A stretch of DNA of 64,000 bases, from NCBI GenBank assembly GCA_964368945.1, contig CAYJDM010000001.1:42474-106473 (forward strand), read 5' to 3'. Every line of letters begins with the position of its first letter. Positions within the stretch are counted from its first letter, which is position 1. Source of the DNA: an uncultured Candidatus Saccharibacteria bacterium (GTDB lineage: Bacteria > Patescibacteriota > Minisyncoccia > Phycocordibacterales > CAIZLB01). A model generated the notes under the pieces. It was not told the origin of the DNA. It did not search any database and was given only the letters and a program-made list of their open reading frames with translations. Positions 37,901 through 48,656 of the stretch are shown here, piece by piece. Both the position numbers and the translations under genes were made by a program.

Positions 37901-39388
37901 ATGAAGCGAGCATTAAGTGCTGGTCAAAAATCGGCCTGGTATACGCCATATTTCAAGGATAAAAAGATAACCGTTATGGGTCTCGGCGTCCTCGGGCGCG
38001 GAGTGGGTGATATCGCTTTTCTCGCAGAGCAGGGTGCGCATTTGCTCGTGACGGATGTAAAGTCCGAGGAATTTTTGGCAGGCTCTCTCGCCAAGCTCAA
38101 GAAATATCGCGATATCAAGTATCGCATCGGCAAGCATGATAAAAAAGATTTCGCTTCATCCTCAGCGGATCTCATTCTCAAATCAGCGAGCGTGCCCCTG
38201 GATTCCGAATTCATCCTTCATGCCCAATCCAAGAAAGTGCCGATCGAGATGAGCGCTGCGCTCGTGACCAGCCTGATCAAGGAGCATTTCGGCGATTCGG
38301 TTACCGTGATCGGAATAACCGGGACAAGGGGCAAGTCCACGACGACTTCTCTGATCGCGCATATCCTCAAGAACGCCGGCAAAAAAGTTCACCTCGCCGG
38401 CAATGTGCGAGGGGTCAGCAATCTGCCTTTGCTCAAGAAAATAAAGAAAGGTGACTATGTAGTTGCAGAATTAGACTCATGGCAGTTGCAGGGATTTGGC
38501 ACAAAAAAGATCTCTCCAGACTTCGCCGTCTTCACTTCATTCCTCGACGATCATCTGAATTATTATAAGGGCGATAGGGAGTTGTATTTCAATGATAAGG
38601 CGCATATTTTCCGCTCACTCAGCGGGACTAATGCGCAGCAAAAATTATTCGCATCACCGCAAGCAGCAAAGGAGATCCGCAAGCGCTATCCCAAACAGAA
38701 TATGATTGTCGGAAGCGCCGGGGCTTGGGCCGATGATTTCAAGACTGCCTTGATCGGCGAGCATAATATGCAGAATATCCGACTGGCCGCGCTGGTGGCT
38801 GCGCGATGCGGTATTTCGCTCCATGCTATCAAAAAGGCCCTTGGAATGGCCCTGCCAGAGCCTGGGAGGCTCGAATACGTGAGCAAAATTGGAGATCTTC
38901 ATATATACGACGATAATAATGCGACCTCGCCAGACGCCGTTGTGGCGGCCCTGGATTCTTTGCATCAAAAATACAATAAACCCGGCCATACCCCGCATAT
39001 CCAGCTCATTATGGGCGGCGCGGACAAGCATCTGGATCTGGCCAAGCTCCGCAGATCTTTATCAAAATTTCATCCCGCACTTACCCTGATCGGCGGCACT
39101 GGTACCGAGAGATTGCTGAAAGAAATGAATGCCGGAAAATCTGCCAGGCAATTGGCGATGGCGGAATCTGAGACAAGGCCATTCGATAATTTCCAGGCGG
39201 CCCTCGAGCATGCATTCGCATCAGCTGCCGCAGCAAAGACGAAATCCGGCGCAAGAATAAAAAACAAAATCGTCGTCCTCAGCCCCGGCTTCGCATCATT
39301 CGGCATGTTCAAGAATGAATATGATCGCGAGGATCAGTTCAAGGCTTTTATCAAAAACCTTACCAAGAAAACAAAGGCCGCCAAATAA
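37901..39388 (+). CDS. murD: UDP-N-acetylmuramoylalanine--D-glutamate ligase
   Basis: MurD-like N-terminal Rossmann segment (VMGLGVLGRGVGDIAFLAEQGAHLLVTD) and Mur-ligase P-loop GITGTRGKSTTTSL. Confidence 0.85.
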   Translation: MKRALSAGQKSAWYTPYFKDKKITVMGLGVLGRGVGDIAFLAEQGAHLLVTDVKSEEFLAGSLAKLKKYRDIKYRIGKHDKKDFASSSADLILKSASVPLDSEFILHAQSKKVPIEMSAALVTSLIKEHFGDSVTVIGITGTRGKSTTTSLIAHILKNAGKKVHLAGNVRGVSNLPLLKKIKKGDYVVAELDSWQLQGFGTKKISPDFAVFTSFLDDHLNYYKGDRELYFNDKAHIFRSLSGTNAQQKLFASPQAAKEIRKRYPKQNMIVGSAGAWADDFKTALIGEHNMQNIRLAALVAARCGISLHAIKKALGMALPEPGRLEYVSKIGDLHIYDDNNATSPDAVVAALDSLHQKYNKPGHTPHIQLIMGGADKHLDLAKLRRSLSKFHPALTLIGGTGTERLLKEMNAGKSARQLAMAESETRPFDNFQAALEHAFASAAAAKTKSGARIKNKIVVLSPGFASFGMFKNEYDREDQFKAFIKNLTKKTKAAK

Positions 39389-39394
39389 AATATT

Positions 39395-40753
39395 ATGAAA
39401 AAAGAATCAGAAACATCCGTTATGCTTGATACCATGGTTGCCGAAACGCTTGCGTCTGGCAAGTCGATATATTTTCTCGGCATCAGCGGCATTGGCTTGT
39501 CAGCACTTGCACAATATTTCAAGAATAAGGGCGCGCATGTGATGGGGTCCTGCGATAAGGATTCATCCGTCGTTGAAATGCTGATGAAAAAGGAAATCGA
39601 AGTCACGATTGGCCATGATGCTATGCATATCACCGATAGTGCGACGGAAATCGGCTGCGTTTTTTATACCGTAGCGATACCAGAAGACAATCCAGAGCTT
39701 GTGGCCATCAAGGAGCTCGGCATCCCTCTTTATACATATGCGGAAGGCCTCGGGCATATATCTCGGACAGCAGCGCGCAATGGCGGAAATACGATCGCGA
39801 TCGCTGGCAGTCATGGCAAAACGACGACCACGGCAATGATCGCGGATATCATGATTGCCGCCGGACTCAACCCGACCGTAATTGTCGGCTCTATGCTTTC
39901 GGAAGGCCGCGGCAATTTTATAGCTGGCAATGACGATTGCTTCATCGTTGAGGCTTGCGAGTTCAAGGAATCATTCCTCGAATTATCGCCATCGATTTCA
40001 GTCATCACGAATATCGACAATGACCATCTCGATTACTATAAGACGATGGAGAATCTGCTCGGCGCATTCATTTCTTTTGCCAAAAATACGAGCCGCGCAA
40101 TAGTGACCCATCCGAAATTGCCATATGTCTCTGATCTCGTATCCGCTCTCGATGGCCTGCCAAATACCGCGCAGATAATAGATGCGGATATGCAGAGTGT
40201 GGATTTCGAAATAGCGATCCCTGGAGCGCATATCATCGCAAATGCTCAATGCGCACTTGCGGTGGCAAAACTGATGAATGTCGATCTAGAAATCGCGCGC
40301 AAAAGCCTAAGCGAATTCCGCGGCACATGGCGCCGCAGCCAATTCAAGGGCAAGACAAAGAATGGCGCCGAAATTTACGATGACTATGCGCATCATCCGA
40401 CCGAGATCGCCACGACGCTCAAGGGTTTCAAGGAGCGATATGCGGATAAGAAGATCACCGTTCTATTTCAGCCGCATCTGTATTCGCGAACGAAATTTCT
40501 TTTCGATGAATTCGTCGAGGCTCTGAGCATTGCTGATACGGTATGGTTCGCTCCTATATATGCGGCTCGGGAGGTGCTTGATACGTCCGTATCGTCAGAG
40601 AAACTAGTCGAGGCATCTCTGAAGCGCGGCGTGGATGCGCACTTATTTGCAGGCGATCTGGACGTTTTCGATAATCTGAATGAAAACGATATTCTCATAA
40701 CCATGGGTGCAGGAGATATCAATGGGCAGGGTGAAAGCCTGGTTGGGCGATAA
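39395..40753 (+). CDS. murC: UDP-N-acetylmuramate--L-alanine ligase
   Basis: YFLGISGIGLSALAQYFKNKGAHVMGSCD and AIAGSHGKTTTTAMIA. Confidence 0.85.
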   Translation: MKKESETSVMLDTMVAETLASGKSIYFLGISGIGLSALAQYFKNKGAHVMGSCDKDSSVVEMLMKKEIEVTIGHDAMHITDSATEIGCVFYTVAIPEDNPELVAIKELGIPLYTYAEGLGHISRTAARNGGNTIAIAGSHGKTTTTAMIADIMIAAGLNPTVIVGSMLSEGRGNFIAGNDDCFIVEACEFKESFLELSPSISVITNIDNDHLDYYKTMENLLGAFISFAKNTSRAIVTHPKLPYVSDLVSALDGLPNTAQIIDADMQSVDFEIAIPGAHIIANAQCALAVAKLMNVDLEIARKSLSEFRGTWRRSQFKGKTKNGAEIYDDYAHHPTEIATTLKGFKERYADKKITVLFQPHLYSRTKFLFDEFVEALSIADTVWFAPIYAAREVLDTSVSSEKLVEASLKRGVDAHLFAGDLDVFDNLNENDILITMGAGDINGQGESLVGR

Positions 40754-40780
40754 ATCGGCAAGTCATGTTAATATCAGAAT

Positions 40781-41269
40781 ATGAAATTACTCGAGCTTCT
40801 CAATACAGATAGCGTGACTGAGGATGAGGCCTCGGCCTATAAGCATCGAAACGCTGTCCGCATCATCGCTTTTGATAATGAAAAGCGAATTGCCTTTATA
40901 TATGCGAAAGAAAGAGGCTATTACGAACTTCCAGGAGGCGGAGTCGAGAAAGGCGAATCTTTGGAGGAAGGGGCAATAAGAGAGGCGAAGGAAGAGGCTG
41001 GCTGCAGTATCCGTATTATTGGCGAAGTCGGAATTTTTAAGGAGTATATTAAAAAGAAGAATCTCATCAACGAGACATTCTGCTATATCGCCGAAATCAT
41101 CGGAGAAAAAGGAGACATGTCTCTGATGCAAGATGAAATCGCTGAAGGAAAAGCCGTTATGTGGATCGATGTCGATGAGGCAATCAAGCTCATTAAGACC
41201 AACCCGTCTCCGGATCTCTATCCTGATTCGATCGCAAGAGATCTGACGTTTTTGGAGAATTTGAAATAG
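40781..41269 (+). CDS. NUDIX hydrolase
   Basis: Nudix box GGGVEKGESLEEGAIREAKEEAGC. Confidence 0.8.
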   Translation: MKLLELLNTDSVTEDEASAYKHRNAVRIIAFDNEKRIAFIYAKERGYYELPGGGVEKGESLEEGAIREAKEEAGCSIRIIGEVGIFKEYIKKKNLINETFCYIAEIIGEKGDMSLMQDEIAEGKAVMWIDVDEAIKLIKTNPSPDLYPDSIARDLTFLENLK

Positions 41270-41302
41270 AAAATTCGAATTTGTTACAATTGACGCATTA
41301 TC

Positions 41303-42913
41303 ATGGATAAAAAAAGCCTCAAAGACCTCATCGCATATCTCAAGGAGCATGATCCGATGCTGGAGATTTTTCATGGCGATATGTCAGCGCCTGTCGGCAC
41401 GGTTCCGAAAATATCAGTATCCGATATCACCAACCGCTCGGATATGGCAGCGGCAGACAAAGTATTTTTTGCAATAAAAGGAAGCGTCAAGGACGGCCAT
41501 TCATATATAAAGGATGCGATAGAAAAAGGATGCAGAGTAATTGTATGCGAGACTTTGCCGAAGGTATCTGCAAAAGAAGGCGGCCAGGATCAGGGCATCG
41601 TCTATATCAAAGTCACGAATTCAGCGCGCGCTTGGGCTCTCGCTGCGCATTGGCATTTCGATTTTCCTTCGAGCGATATGATTTTGGTTGGCGTGACAGG
41701 GACGAATGGCAAGACGACGATTGCGACATCGATTTTTACGATCTGGAAAAATATTGGAAAAACAGCAGGGCTGATCTCCACGATTGAGAATAGGATAGGG
41801 GAACAGGTTTTTCCGACGGAGCATACTACGCCGGATGCTTATGATATCGCGGCTTTATTCGCGCAGATGAAGGGTAAAAAAGTCACGCATGTCGTTATGG
41901 AAGTGAGCTCACATGCTTTGTCGCAGGAGCGAGTGGCCGGACTGCGATTCGATGTGGGGATCTTTACGAATCTGACGCAGGATCATCTGGATTTTCATCA
42001 GACCATGGAGAAATATGCCGCTGAGAAGAAGAAGCTTTTTACCAATTATTTAGACAAAAACTCTCTGGCGATAATCAATGCTGATGATCAATGGGCCACA
42101 TTCATGGTAGAGAATCTGAAATGCAGGGTCACGACATATGGCAAGGGTCCTGCAAACGGAGCGCATGCGGCTGTCTTTGACGGCTTATACAAAATCGACA
42201 ATGTCGAGCTCGGGCTTACGGGCAGCCGCTGGACTCTGAGCGGGCAGCCGGTGACCAGCGCATTGGTTGGGCTTTTCAATGTATACAATATGACGGCAGT
42301 CGCTTTGGCAATCAATGCGAGCGCGGAGCGGGATATTTTCCAGAGCATATCATTGCTGCGCAGCATTGCAGCGCCGAAAGGCCGCTGCGAAATCGTGCAT
42401 GCGGCGAATCCCATGATTGTCGTTGATTATGCGCATACTCCTGATGGTTTGGAAAAGGTGCTCGAAACGATGCGCGCGATTCTGCCAGCGGGCAAAAAGC
42501 TTGTAGCGGTATTCGGCTGCGGAGGAAATCGCGATACGACCAAGCGGCCCAAGATGGGGGCCATAGCTTCGCGCCTCGCCGATACCGTCATTGTCACATC
42601 CGACAATCCGCGCAAGGAAGATCCGATGGCGATTATCAAGGATATCAAGGCCGGGATTGTTTTGGACAAGGAAAAAGAAAAGCATGACAAATATGCCGGC
42701 TCGCAAGATCAGCAAAAAGCCCAATTCATTCCGGATCGTGCCGAAGCTATCGCAACGGCGATTAAGCAATATCCGGACGAGGTGATTCTGATAGCGGGCA
42801 AGGGTCATGAGGATTATCAAATCATCGGCACGGAAAAGCATCATTTCAGCGATCAGGAAGAGGCTTTGAATGCTCTCGGACATCTGGCAGTTAGGAAAGC
42901 TATCGGCGCATGA
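41303..42913 (+). CDS. murE: UDP-N-acetylmuramoyl-L-alanyl-D-glutamate--2,6-diaminopimelate ligase
   Basis: VGVTGTNGKTT P-loop and the DNPR motif (TSDNPRKEDP), which indicates meso-DAP specificity. Confidence 0.85.
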   Translation: MDKKSLKDLIAYLKEHDPMLEIFHGDMSAPVGTVPKISVSDITNRSDMAAADKVFFAIKGSVKDGHSYIKDAIEKGCRVIVCETLPKVSAKEGGQDQGIVYIKVTNSARAWALAAHWHFDFPSSDMILVGVTGTNGKTTIATSIFTIWKNIGKTAGLISTIENRIGEQVFPTEHTTPDAYDIAALFAQMKGKKVTHVVMEVSSHALSQERVAGLRFDVGIFTNLTQDHLDFHQTMEKYAAEKKKLFTNYLDKNSLAIINADDQWATFMVENLKCRVTTYGKGPANGAHAAVFDGLYKIDNVELGLTGSRWTLSGQPVTSALVGLFNVYNMTAVALAINASAERDIFQSISLLRSIAAPKGRCEIVHAANPMIVVDYAHTPDGLEKVLETMRAILPAGKKLVAVFGCGGNRDTTKRPKMGAIASRLADTVIVTSDNPRKEDPMAIIKDIKAGIVLDKEKEKHDKYAGSQDQQKAQFIPDRAEAIATAIKQYPDEVILIAGKGHEDYQIIGTEKHHFSDQEEALNALGHLAVRKAIGA

Positions 42914-42936
42914 TGGCGGCATGATATAATTTCTCC

Positions 42937-43512
42937 ATGTTTACAGGAATATATGCAACTATCACGTATATCGTGATCGGCGGGGTTCTGCTCTTTTTGC
43001 TTGCCAGAAAAGCGGGCGGGCCGAAGAAATGCGAAGTCTGCGGTACTGATACGAAGGAATATTATACGGATGCCAATGATAAGGGAACATATCTTTGCAG
43101 GAATCATCTTGTTGAGCGATGGAAAAAAGATTTTATTTCAGCGTCGGCGCAGATGATGGTGATCGAGCCTGATTTCGAGAATTATCCATATGGATATCTA
43201 TATGCATCGCCTGAGACTTTGAAGAAATGGCAGTATTCCAAGGCTGTCGTCGAGCGGGTTCGCGAAATTCTCGCAGCTATTTCTGGAAAGAATTGTGCGA
43301 CTTGCGGGATGGGCGCGACGATTGCTTTTTATAAAAAAGAAGAGTATGAAGTGCCAAATATGGAAGGTCTCAAGGAGCCGAATTCATATCTCTGCACTAA
43401 ATGCTGCGCGGCGATTATCGAGCCTCGCATCCGCGGCGCTATAAAGCCCATTGGAGAAGGGTTGTATGCCCCGAGAATTGAGGCCGGCGTCTATCATGTG
43501 CAGGAATTCTAG
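42937..43512 (+). CDS. hypothetical membrane-anchored protein with two CxxC pairs (zinc-ribbon-like)
   Basis: CEVCGTD...C and CATCG...CTKCC motifs. Confidence 0.45.
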   Translation: MFTGIYATITYIVIGGVLLFLLARKAGGPKKCEVCGTDTKEYYTDANDKGTYLCRNHLVERWKKDFISASAQMMVIEPDFENYPYGYLYASPETLKKWQYSKAVVERVREILAAISGKNCATCGMGATIAFYKKEEYEVPNMEGLKEPNSYLCTKCCAAIIEPRIRGAIKPIGEGLYAPRIEAGVYHVQEF

Positions 43513-43571
43513 GATTAGCCGCTGTGCTGCCACGGAGTCGGATCGGTTTTTTGTCGTGATATAATCCTCGC

Positions 43572-44177
43572 ATGAATAAAGCAATACTATATATAGTGAT
43601 AGCGGCGGTATTAATCGGCGGAGGATTCGCTTTGGCAAAAAACAGCAAGCCCGAAGCATCCAATATGCCAAATCAGGTGGCAAGCGATGCTTCTACGGAC
43701 GCTGCCCCTGCGACAGAGACGCCGGCGAATACATCAGGAAAGAAAATGGCATTCGATGCATTCATCAAGCGCGGCGATGGCTCTTATGTCTGCACGGTCA
43801 GCCAATATATGTCCAATATGGAAAATAAGGGAACGGTATATATAGAAGGATCCGAGGATCAGGACAAGAGAAAGATCCGAGGCGATTTTAATACGGTCGC
43901 GGAGGGCATGAAGATCGACAGCTCATTCGTCATAAAGGACGGATATACATATTCTTGGAATTCATTCATGCCAAAATCAGGCTTCAAGATGGCCATGCCG
44001 AAAGCCGATGCGTCCGCCGATGCCAATGGAGCCGTGACAGCGAATCAGAATGGCAATTCAGGAAACTATGTATGGAATGCATCGCAGATAGGAGATTATG
44101 ATTGCCAGCCTTGGACTGTGGATGAGGCGAAATTCGCTTTGCCTTCGACGGTGACTTTCACTGAGGTGAAGTCTTAG
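43572..44177 (+). CDS. hypothetical secreted protein
   Basis: N-terminal signal/TM segment. Confidence 0.45.
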   Translation: MNKAILYIVIAAVLIGGGFALAKNSKPEASNMPNQVASDASTDAAPATETPANTSGKKMAFDAFIKRGDGSYVCTVSQYMSNMENKGTVYIEGSEDQDKRKIRGDFNTVAEGMKIDSSFVIKDGYTYSWNSFMPKSGFKMAMPKADASADANGAVTANQNGNSGNYVWNASQIGDYDCQPWTVDEAKFALPSTVTFTEVKS

Positions 44178-44377
44178 TCTGCATATTGAGCGCTGCCTAT
44201 GGTCTGCACCTCATTGGGCTCTTTATTCGTCCAATCATAGAGGAAAGCGGTGATGAGAGCGGCCAGTCCGATTATGGCGGCGATGATATAGGCGATGATT
44301 TTGATTATCGAATCTCGAGCGGCTTCTTTCGTCAGCTCGTTCTTATCATTGGGATTCATATGGATAAAAGTATACAC
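44174..44377 (-). CDS. small membrane protein (67 aa)
   Basis: One TM helix. Weak call. Confidence 0.3.
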   Translation of the reverse strand: MYTFIHMNPNDKNELTKEAARDSIIKIIAYIIAAIIGLAALITAFLYDWTNKEPNEVQTIGSAQYAD

Positions 44378-44509
44378 CGATTTGGCCTATATGGCGCTTA
44401 GCGACGCGCATTGTATTTCCCGGCGCAGAGGTGTATAAATGAAAATAGATTCAGTACGCACTTGTGCGGAATCCTCAGTTTCGACAACCTCAACCCACCT
44501 CAAAAAAGC

Positions 44510-45316
44510 ATGAAAAAACCGAGTCGCAAAAAGCCCTCTCGGACCCATGCGGGACGAGGCGAAAAAAAGAAAAAGCCAAGCTATGCTGAGCATAGAGAAG
44601 CCTTCATGGCTCGGAAAGCAAGGTCTGCTTCATTGAGAATAGATTCCTGGATGCATATCAGGAAGAGGGCTGTATATGCCGCTCGCGATCAAAGTCGCAA
44701 GTATACTCACGATGATCTGACCCTGATTTCCGTTTCGCCCCAGTACGATATCGCGCTTGTATGCGGAGCTTTGCTCAAAGGCAGATTCTGCCGTTTCCAG
44801 ATCGATGGAATATTTCGCGATTTGTTTCGCAATGGAGATTATCTCGAGTTTCGAGATGGGGATTTTGATTGGGGCGTTTCTCCGCATGAATATCCCATCC
44901 ATATTTTCATTGAATTTCTGGCGGAATCCCTCCTCGATGTCAGAAAAAGGAATCCTTCATGGGGATTCATGATGAGGCTGCGGGATCAAGCGGCATTCCA
45001 GACCATTCTTGAAGAAAGCTTCTCTCTCGGCTTGCGAGTCAAAAAGCTCCTCAGGATGCTCAAAAACATGAACCTTTGTCCAGAAGATTGGCAGCTTGCA
45101 ATGGTCCAAGAGCTAGTCGACTCGGAAGATGCGTTTAAGGTAAATGAAAATACCGATAACGATATCGTGCCGCTTTTTGATCTGCAACGAGGATGGACGG
45201 CACTTCTCAGCTTTGATGAGGCGAACAGCTTGTTCATTCCTCCGGAACCCAGATTTCGCCTGCCTATAGACCCTGAATTCGAATGGCCGATCGGCGTGCC
45301 TCTAAAGATGAAATAG
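44510..45316 (+). CDS. hypothetical protein with a basic N-terminus
   Basis: ORF with start placed at MKKPSRKK. No recognisable domain. Confidence 0.4.
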   Translation: MKKPSRKKPSRTHAGRGEKKKKPSYAEHREAFMARKARSASLRIDSWMHIRKRAVYAARDQSRKYTHDDLTLISVSPQYDIALVCGALLKGRFCRFQIDGIFRDLFRNGDYLEFRDGDFDWGVSPHEYPIHIFIEFLAESLLDVRKRNPSWGFMMRLRDQAAFQTILEESFSLGLRVKKLLRMLKNMNLCPEDWQLAMVQELVDSEDAFKVNENTDNDIVPLFDLQRGWTALLSFDEANSLFIPPEPRFRLPIDPEFEWPIGVPLKMK

Positions 45317-45448
45317 CCTCCCGCCGCTGCAATGCAGTCGCGGGAGGCTCTCTGTTTCTGGCCTATGCGGCACTGGGCCGCACAACCCGCGATTTTTGCC
45401 CGCATTCGGCTTCATGTTCTCTTCATAAAAAGGTGCTAGAGTTAGATC

Positions 45449-46126
45449 ATGAAATTATTGCTCGTAGAAGACCATAAGAAACTTGCAGAAAATATCAAGC
45501 AGGGCCTCGTCCAGGAAGGCTATGCCGTTGATATCATCGAGGATGGTCTCGAGGCTGAAAAGCATATTTTGATAAACCAGAACGAATACGATCTCGTCCT
45601 GCTGGATCGGCTATTGCCAGGCAAGGATGGCGTGGCCATCTGCAAGAATTGGAGAGAGCGGGGCGTGCTGCTTCCGGTCCTGATGCTTACGGCGCTCGGT
45701 GCGGTAGAAGATAAAGTGACTGGCTTGGACTCTGGTGCGGATGATTATCTCGCCAAGCCTTTCGCTTTTGAGGAATTGCTCGCGCGCATCAATGCATTAT
45801 TGCGAAGGCCGAAGCAATCTGCGCCGGATGTGATCACTGTCGGAGGGCTCGGTGGAATTACGGTGAATCTGACAGAGCGAAGCGTCATGACGGGAGGCAA
45901 GCCATTGTCACTGACGCTGAAGGAGTTTATGATTCTAGAATACCTAGTTCGCAATCCGAATATGGTAGTCTCGCGCGATACGCTGTATGCACATGCATGG
46001 GATTATGCAGACGGATCCTCGAGCAATACGGTCGATGTACATATGAAGAATTTGAGAAAAAAATTAAAGAAATATGGAAAACTCATCCAAACAGTCCGAG
46101 GCCTCGGATACAAAATCGAAATCTGA
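45449..46126 (+). CDS. response regulator, OmpR family (receiver plus winged-helix)
   Basis: LLVEDH...DLVLLDRLLPGKDG...TALGAVEDKVTGLDSGADDYLAKPF. Confidence 0.9.
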   Translation: MKLLLVEDHKKLAENIKQGLVQEGYAVDIIEDGLEAEKHILINQNEYDLVLLDRLLPGKDGVAICKNWRERGVLLPVLMLTALGAVEDKVTGLDSGADDYLAKPFAFEELLARINALLRRPKQSAPDVITVGGLGGITVNLTERSVMTGGKPLSLTLKEFMILEYLVRNPNMVVSRDTLYAHAWDYADGSSSNTVDVHMKNLRKKLKKYGKLIQTVRGLGYKIEI

Positions 46127-46145
46127 TCAGGCGGCGCAGTCGGCA

Positions 46146-47189
46146 ATGCCGAAGCCTGTTTCTCGGTCAAAAGCAGCATTGGGCAGCTTTTTTTCCGTTC
46201 GGCTCAGGCTGACGCTCTATTATGCGCTTTTCACAGCGGTCATCATTGGCGGATTCAGCATCATTTTATACCAGACGCTGCTGACGAATTTCGCAGAGAC
46301 GCTCAAGGATACGGCTCCCGGCCTCAATCCTCATGTCTTCCGCGCGGTCATCGATCGCGCGCATCTGATTCTGGTCAACAGGCTCTTCATTGCTGATGCC
46401 GTGATCCTGCTCTTTGCCACGGTGCTCGGATTCTTTTTGACACATCGCACATTGAAGCCATTGCGAGATAGCATGCAGAAGCAAAAAAGATTCATCGCCG
46501 ATGCATCGCATGAATTGCGAACGCCGATCGCCGTAGTCATCTCTGGCCTCGAGGTCGCTTTGCGAAACAAGAATCTCAATGTGGAAGATGCGCGCAGAAC
46601 CATCACGGATACGCTCGAGGAAATGAAGGAATTTTCAGTCATGACGAATCAGCTGCTCGATCTTTCAAAGACGGAGAATTCGGAGGCTACCGCATATTCG
46701 ACATATGTCCCGCTCAATATTGCGGAGCTCGTCCGCAATACATCGATCAAGATGAAAAAGCTGGCGGATGAAAAAGAAATCAATTTTACGATGAATATCG
46801 ATGAGGAAACTCCTGAGCCGGTACTCGTAAAAGGCAATGAAGCCGAGCTCAGTCGGGTTTTTTACAATATTATCCACAATGCGATCACCTATACGCCAAA
46901 AGGCGGCGCAATTACGGTGGAAGGCCATATCAGCCTGGGCAAATACATAGTCACGGTTACGGATACCGGCATGGGCATATCGAGCAAGATCTTGGGCAAA
47001 ATATTCGAGCCCTTCTTCCAAGGCGATGTATCTCGAACCGAGGGTGCGAATGAGCGAAAGGGAAGCGGCGCCGGTCTCGGCCTGCCCATCGCTCGCAAGA
47101 TTACGGAAAGCCATAATGGCTCGATAGTCATAAAGAGCAAGGAAAATAACGGTACAAAGGCTGTTATTAGTTTGCCCCTATCTTCATAG
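46146..47189 (+). CDS. sensor histidine kinase (two TM helices, HisKA and HATPase_c)
   Basis: H-box FIADASHELRTPIAVV, N-box and G-box GMGISSKILGKIFEPF. Start placed at ATG 46146, just after the response-regulator stop. Confidence 0.85.
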   Translation: MPKPVSRSKAALGSFFSVRLRLTLYYALFTAVIIGGFSIILYQTLLTNFAETLKDTAPGLNPHVFRAVIDRAHLILVNRLFIADAVILLFATVLGFFLTHRTLKPLRDSMQKQKRFIADASHELRTPIAVVISGLEVALRNKNLNVEDARRTITDTLEEMKEFSVMTNQLLDLSKTENSEATAYSTYVPLNIAELVRNTSIKMKKLADEKEINFTMNIDEETPEPVLVKGNEAELSRVFYNIIHNAITYTPKGGAITVEGHISLGKYIVTVTDTGMGISSKILGKIFEPFFQGDVSRTEGANERKGSGAGLGLPIARKITESHNGSIVIKSKENNGTKAVISLPLSS

Positions 47190-47250
47190 TAAGTTCATGC
47201 CCCTGCGCTATCATTAATTCATTATCAGCAAGGCAGATAGTTTCAAGGCA

Positions 47251-47760
47251 ATGCCTTTAATCAAAAAAAATATAGTGAAATACAAAAGAAGAATCACATC
47301 CGGTGCGCTGGCTCTCACCCTATTCGTAGGAGGAGGATCATCCGCATATGCGGCTCATATCCAGGGTTCGACATCGACGCCGGCACATTCCAATGTCGGA
47401 AGCCAACGCGTACGACCTGGGCAGGCAGGACAGGCGGCTCACTTCCATGGCTTGGGTCTCAATCATAATCGCGCTACAGGCACGATCGTTGCTCTGACCT
47501 CGACAGGGTTTACTTTAGAGATCCATAAGCCCAAGCTTGGCCCAAAGCGAGGCTCATCGACATCGACGCCGGAAATCGTATCTTTTGATATAAGGACATC
47601 GTCTAATACGGTTTATCAAAAGGATGGCGCAGCGGCCACTGCAGCAGGCCTGGCCGTTGGCCAGAAGGTTGTCGTTGTCGGAACCATCGATTCGACAGCG
47701 CAGATAGTCACAGCGACAAAAGTTAACGTTATAACCAAGCTTCCAAAGAAGGCCAAGTAA
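47251..47760 (+). CDS. hypothetical secreted protein (signal peptide)
   Basis: ORF followed by a terminator. Confidence 0.45.
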   Translation: MPLIKKNIVKYKRRITSGALALTLFVGGGSSAYAAHIQGSTSTPAHSNVGSQRVRPGQAGQAAHFHGLGLNHNRATGTIVALTSTGFTLEIHKPKLGPKRGSSTSTPEIVSFDIRTSSNTVYQKDGAAATAAGLAVGQKVVVVGTIDSTAQIVTATKVNVITKLPKKAK

Positions 47761-47827
47761 TAAGTAAGCATAAAGGCGCGCCGGCACATATTTTAAGCGG
47801 TCCCAAAGAACCAAGATAGCAAATTCC

Positions 47828-47860
47828 GAAAAGCCCCTCGTGAAGCAGGGGCTTTTCTGT
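47828..47860 (+). terminator. rho-independent terminator (gaaaagcccct...aggggcttttc)
   Basis: Hairpin followed by a T-tract. Confidence 0.5.
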
Positions 47861-47909
47861 TGCCTTTGGTTGATGCGCGCCGATTTGCCCATATGCTATA
47901 ATATTAGCC

Positions 47910-48650
47910 ATGAAATCATATATCGCGGAATTAATGGGGACTTGCTTATTCGCACTTATTATCATTCTTGCTTCGGGTTCTGGCGCTTGGGTCGTTACGA
48001 TCTTTGCCGTTTTTATTTTGACAATGCTTTCGTATACGATCGGTCATATCAGCGGAGCGCATGTCAATCCTGCCATCACGGTCGGAGCGATCATGACGAA
48101 TCGCATCAAGCCATTGAAGGGCTTGTATTACATCATCGCTCAGCTTGCCGGAGCCGCATTGGCGATTCTCTTTTCAAAATGGATCGGCGTCGAGACTATC
48201 GTTAGCGCTCATAATGGAGTCGATTGGAGATTGTTCGCTGCCGAGCTCGCAGGAACTCTCGTATTCGCATTCGGAGTCGCTTCTGTAATGTTCAAGCGAA
48301 CTCAGCCAGGCCCGTCTGGCTTCGTCGTCGGACTTTCACTTTTCGCTGGAATCATGCTTTCATCCCTTATCCTTAGCGGATCAGATCAGGGCGCAGTATT
48401 GAATCCTGCTATCGCCTTTGGCCTCAATCTCGTAACTTGGGAAGCATTGCTCGCTCCGCTTCTCGGCTCGATTGTCGGAATGTGGCTCTTCGTGGCAATC
48501 AGCGAGGATTGCGGAGCTGCTTGGAAGAATCTCACGTATATGTTTGGCAAAAAGCGACCAGCCGGCGAAATGCCACCAGCTCAGCCATACCTGCACTCAC
48601 ATACTCATGCGAGCAATCCTGCCAATGATGGCATTGCGCATTCAGCATAG
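47910..48650 (+). CDS. aquaporin / MIP-family channel
   Basis: Two NPA motifs (SGAHVNPAIT and VLNPAIAFG) and six TM helices. Confidence 0.85.
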   Translation: MKSYIAELMGTCLFALIIILASGSGAWVVTIFAVFILTMLSYTIGHISGAHVNPAITVGAIMTNRIKPLKGLYYIIAQLAGAALAILFSKWIGVETIVSAHNGVDWRLFAAELAGTLVFAFGVASVMFKRTQPGPSGFVVGLSLFAGIMLSSLILSGSDQGAVLNPAIAFGLNLVTWEALLAPLLGSIVGMWLFVAISEDCGAAWKNLTYMFGKKRPAGEMPPAQPYLHSHTHASNPANDGIAHSA

Positions 48651-48656
48651 CCTCCT

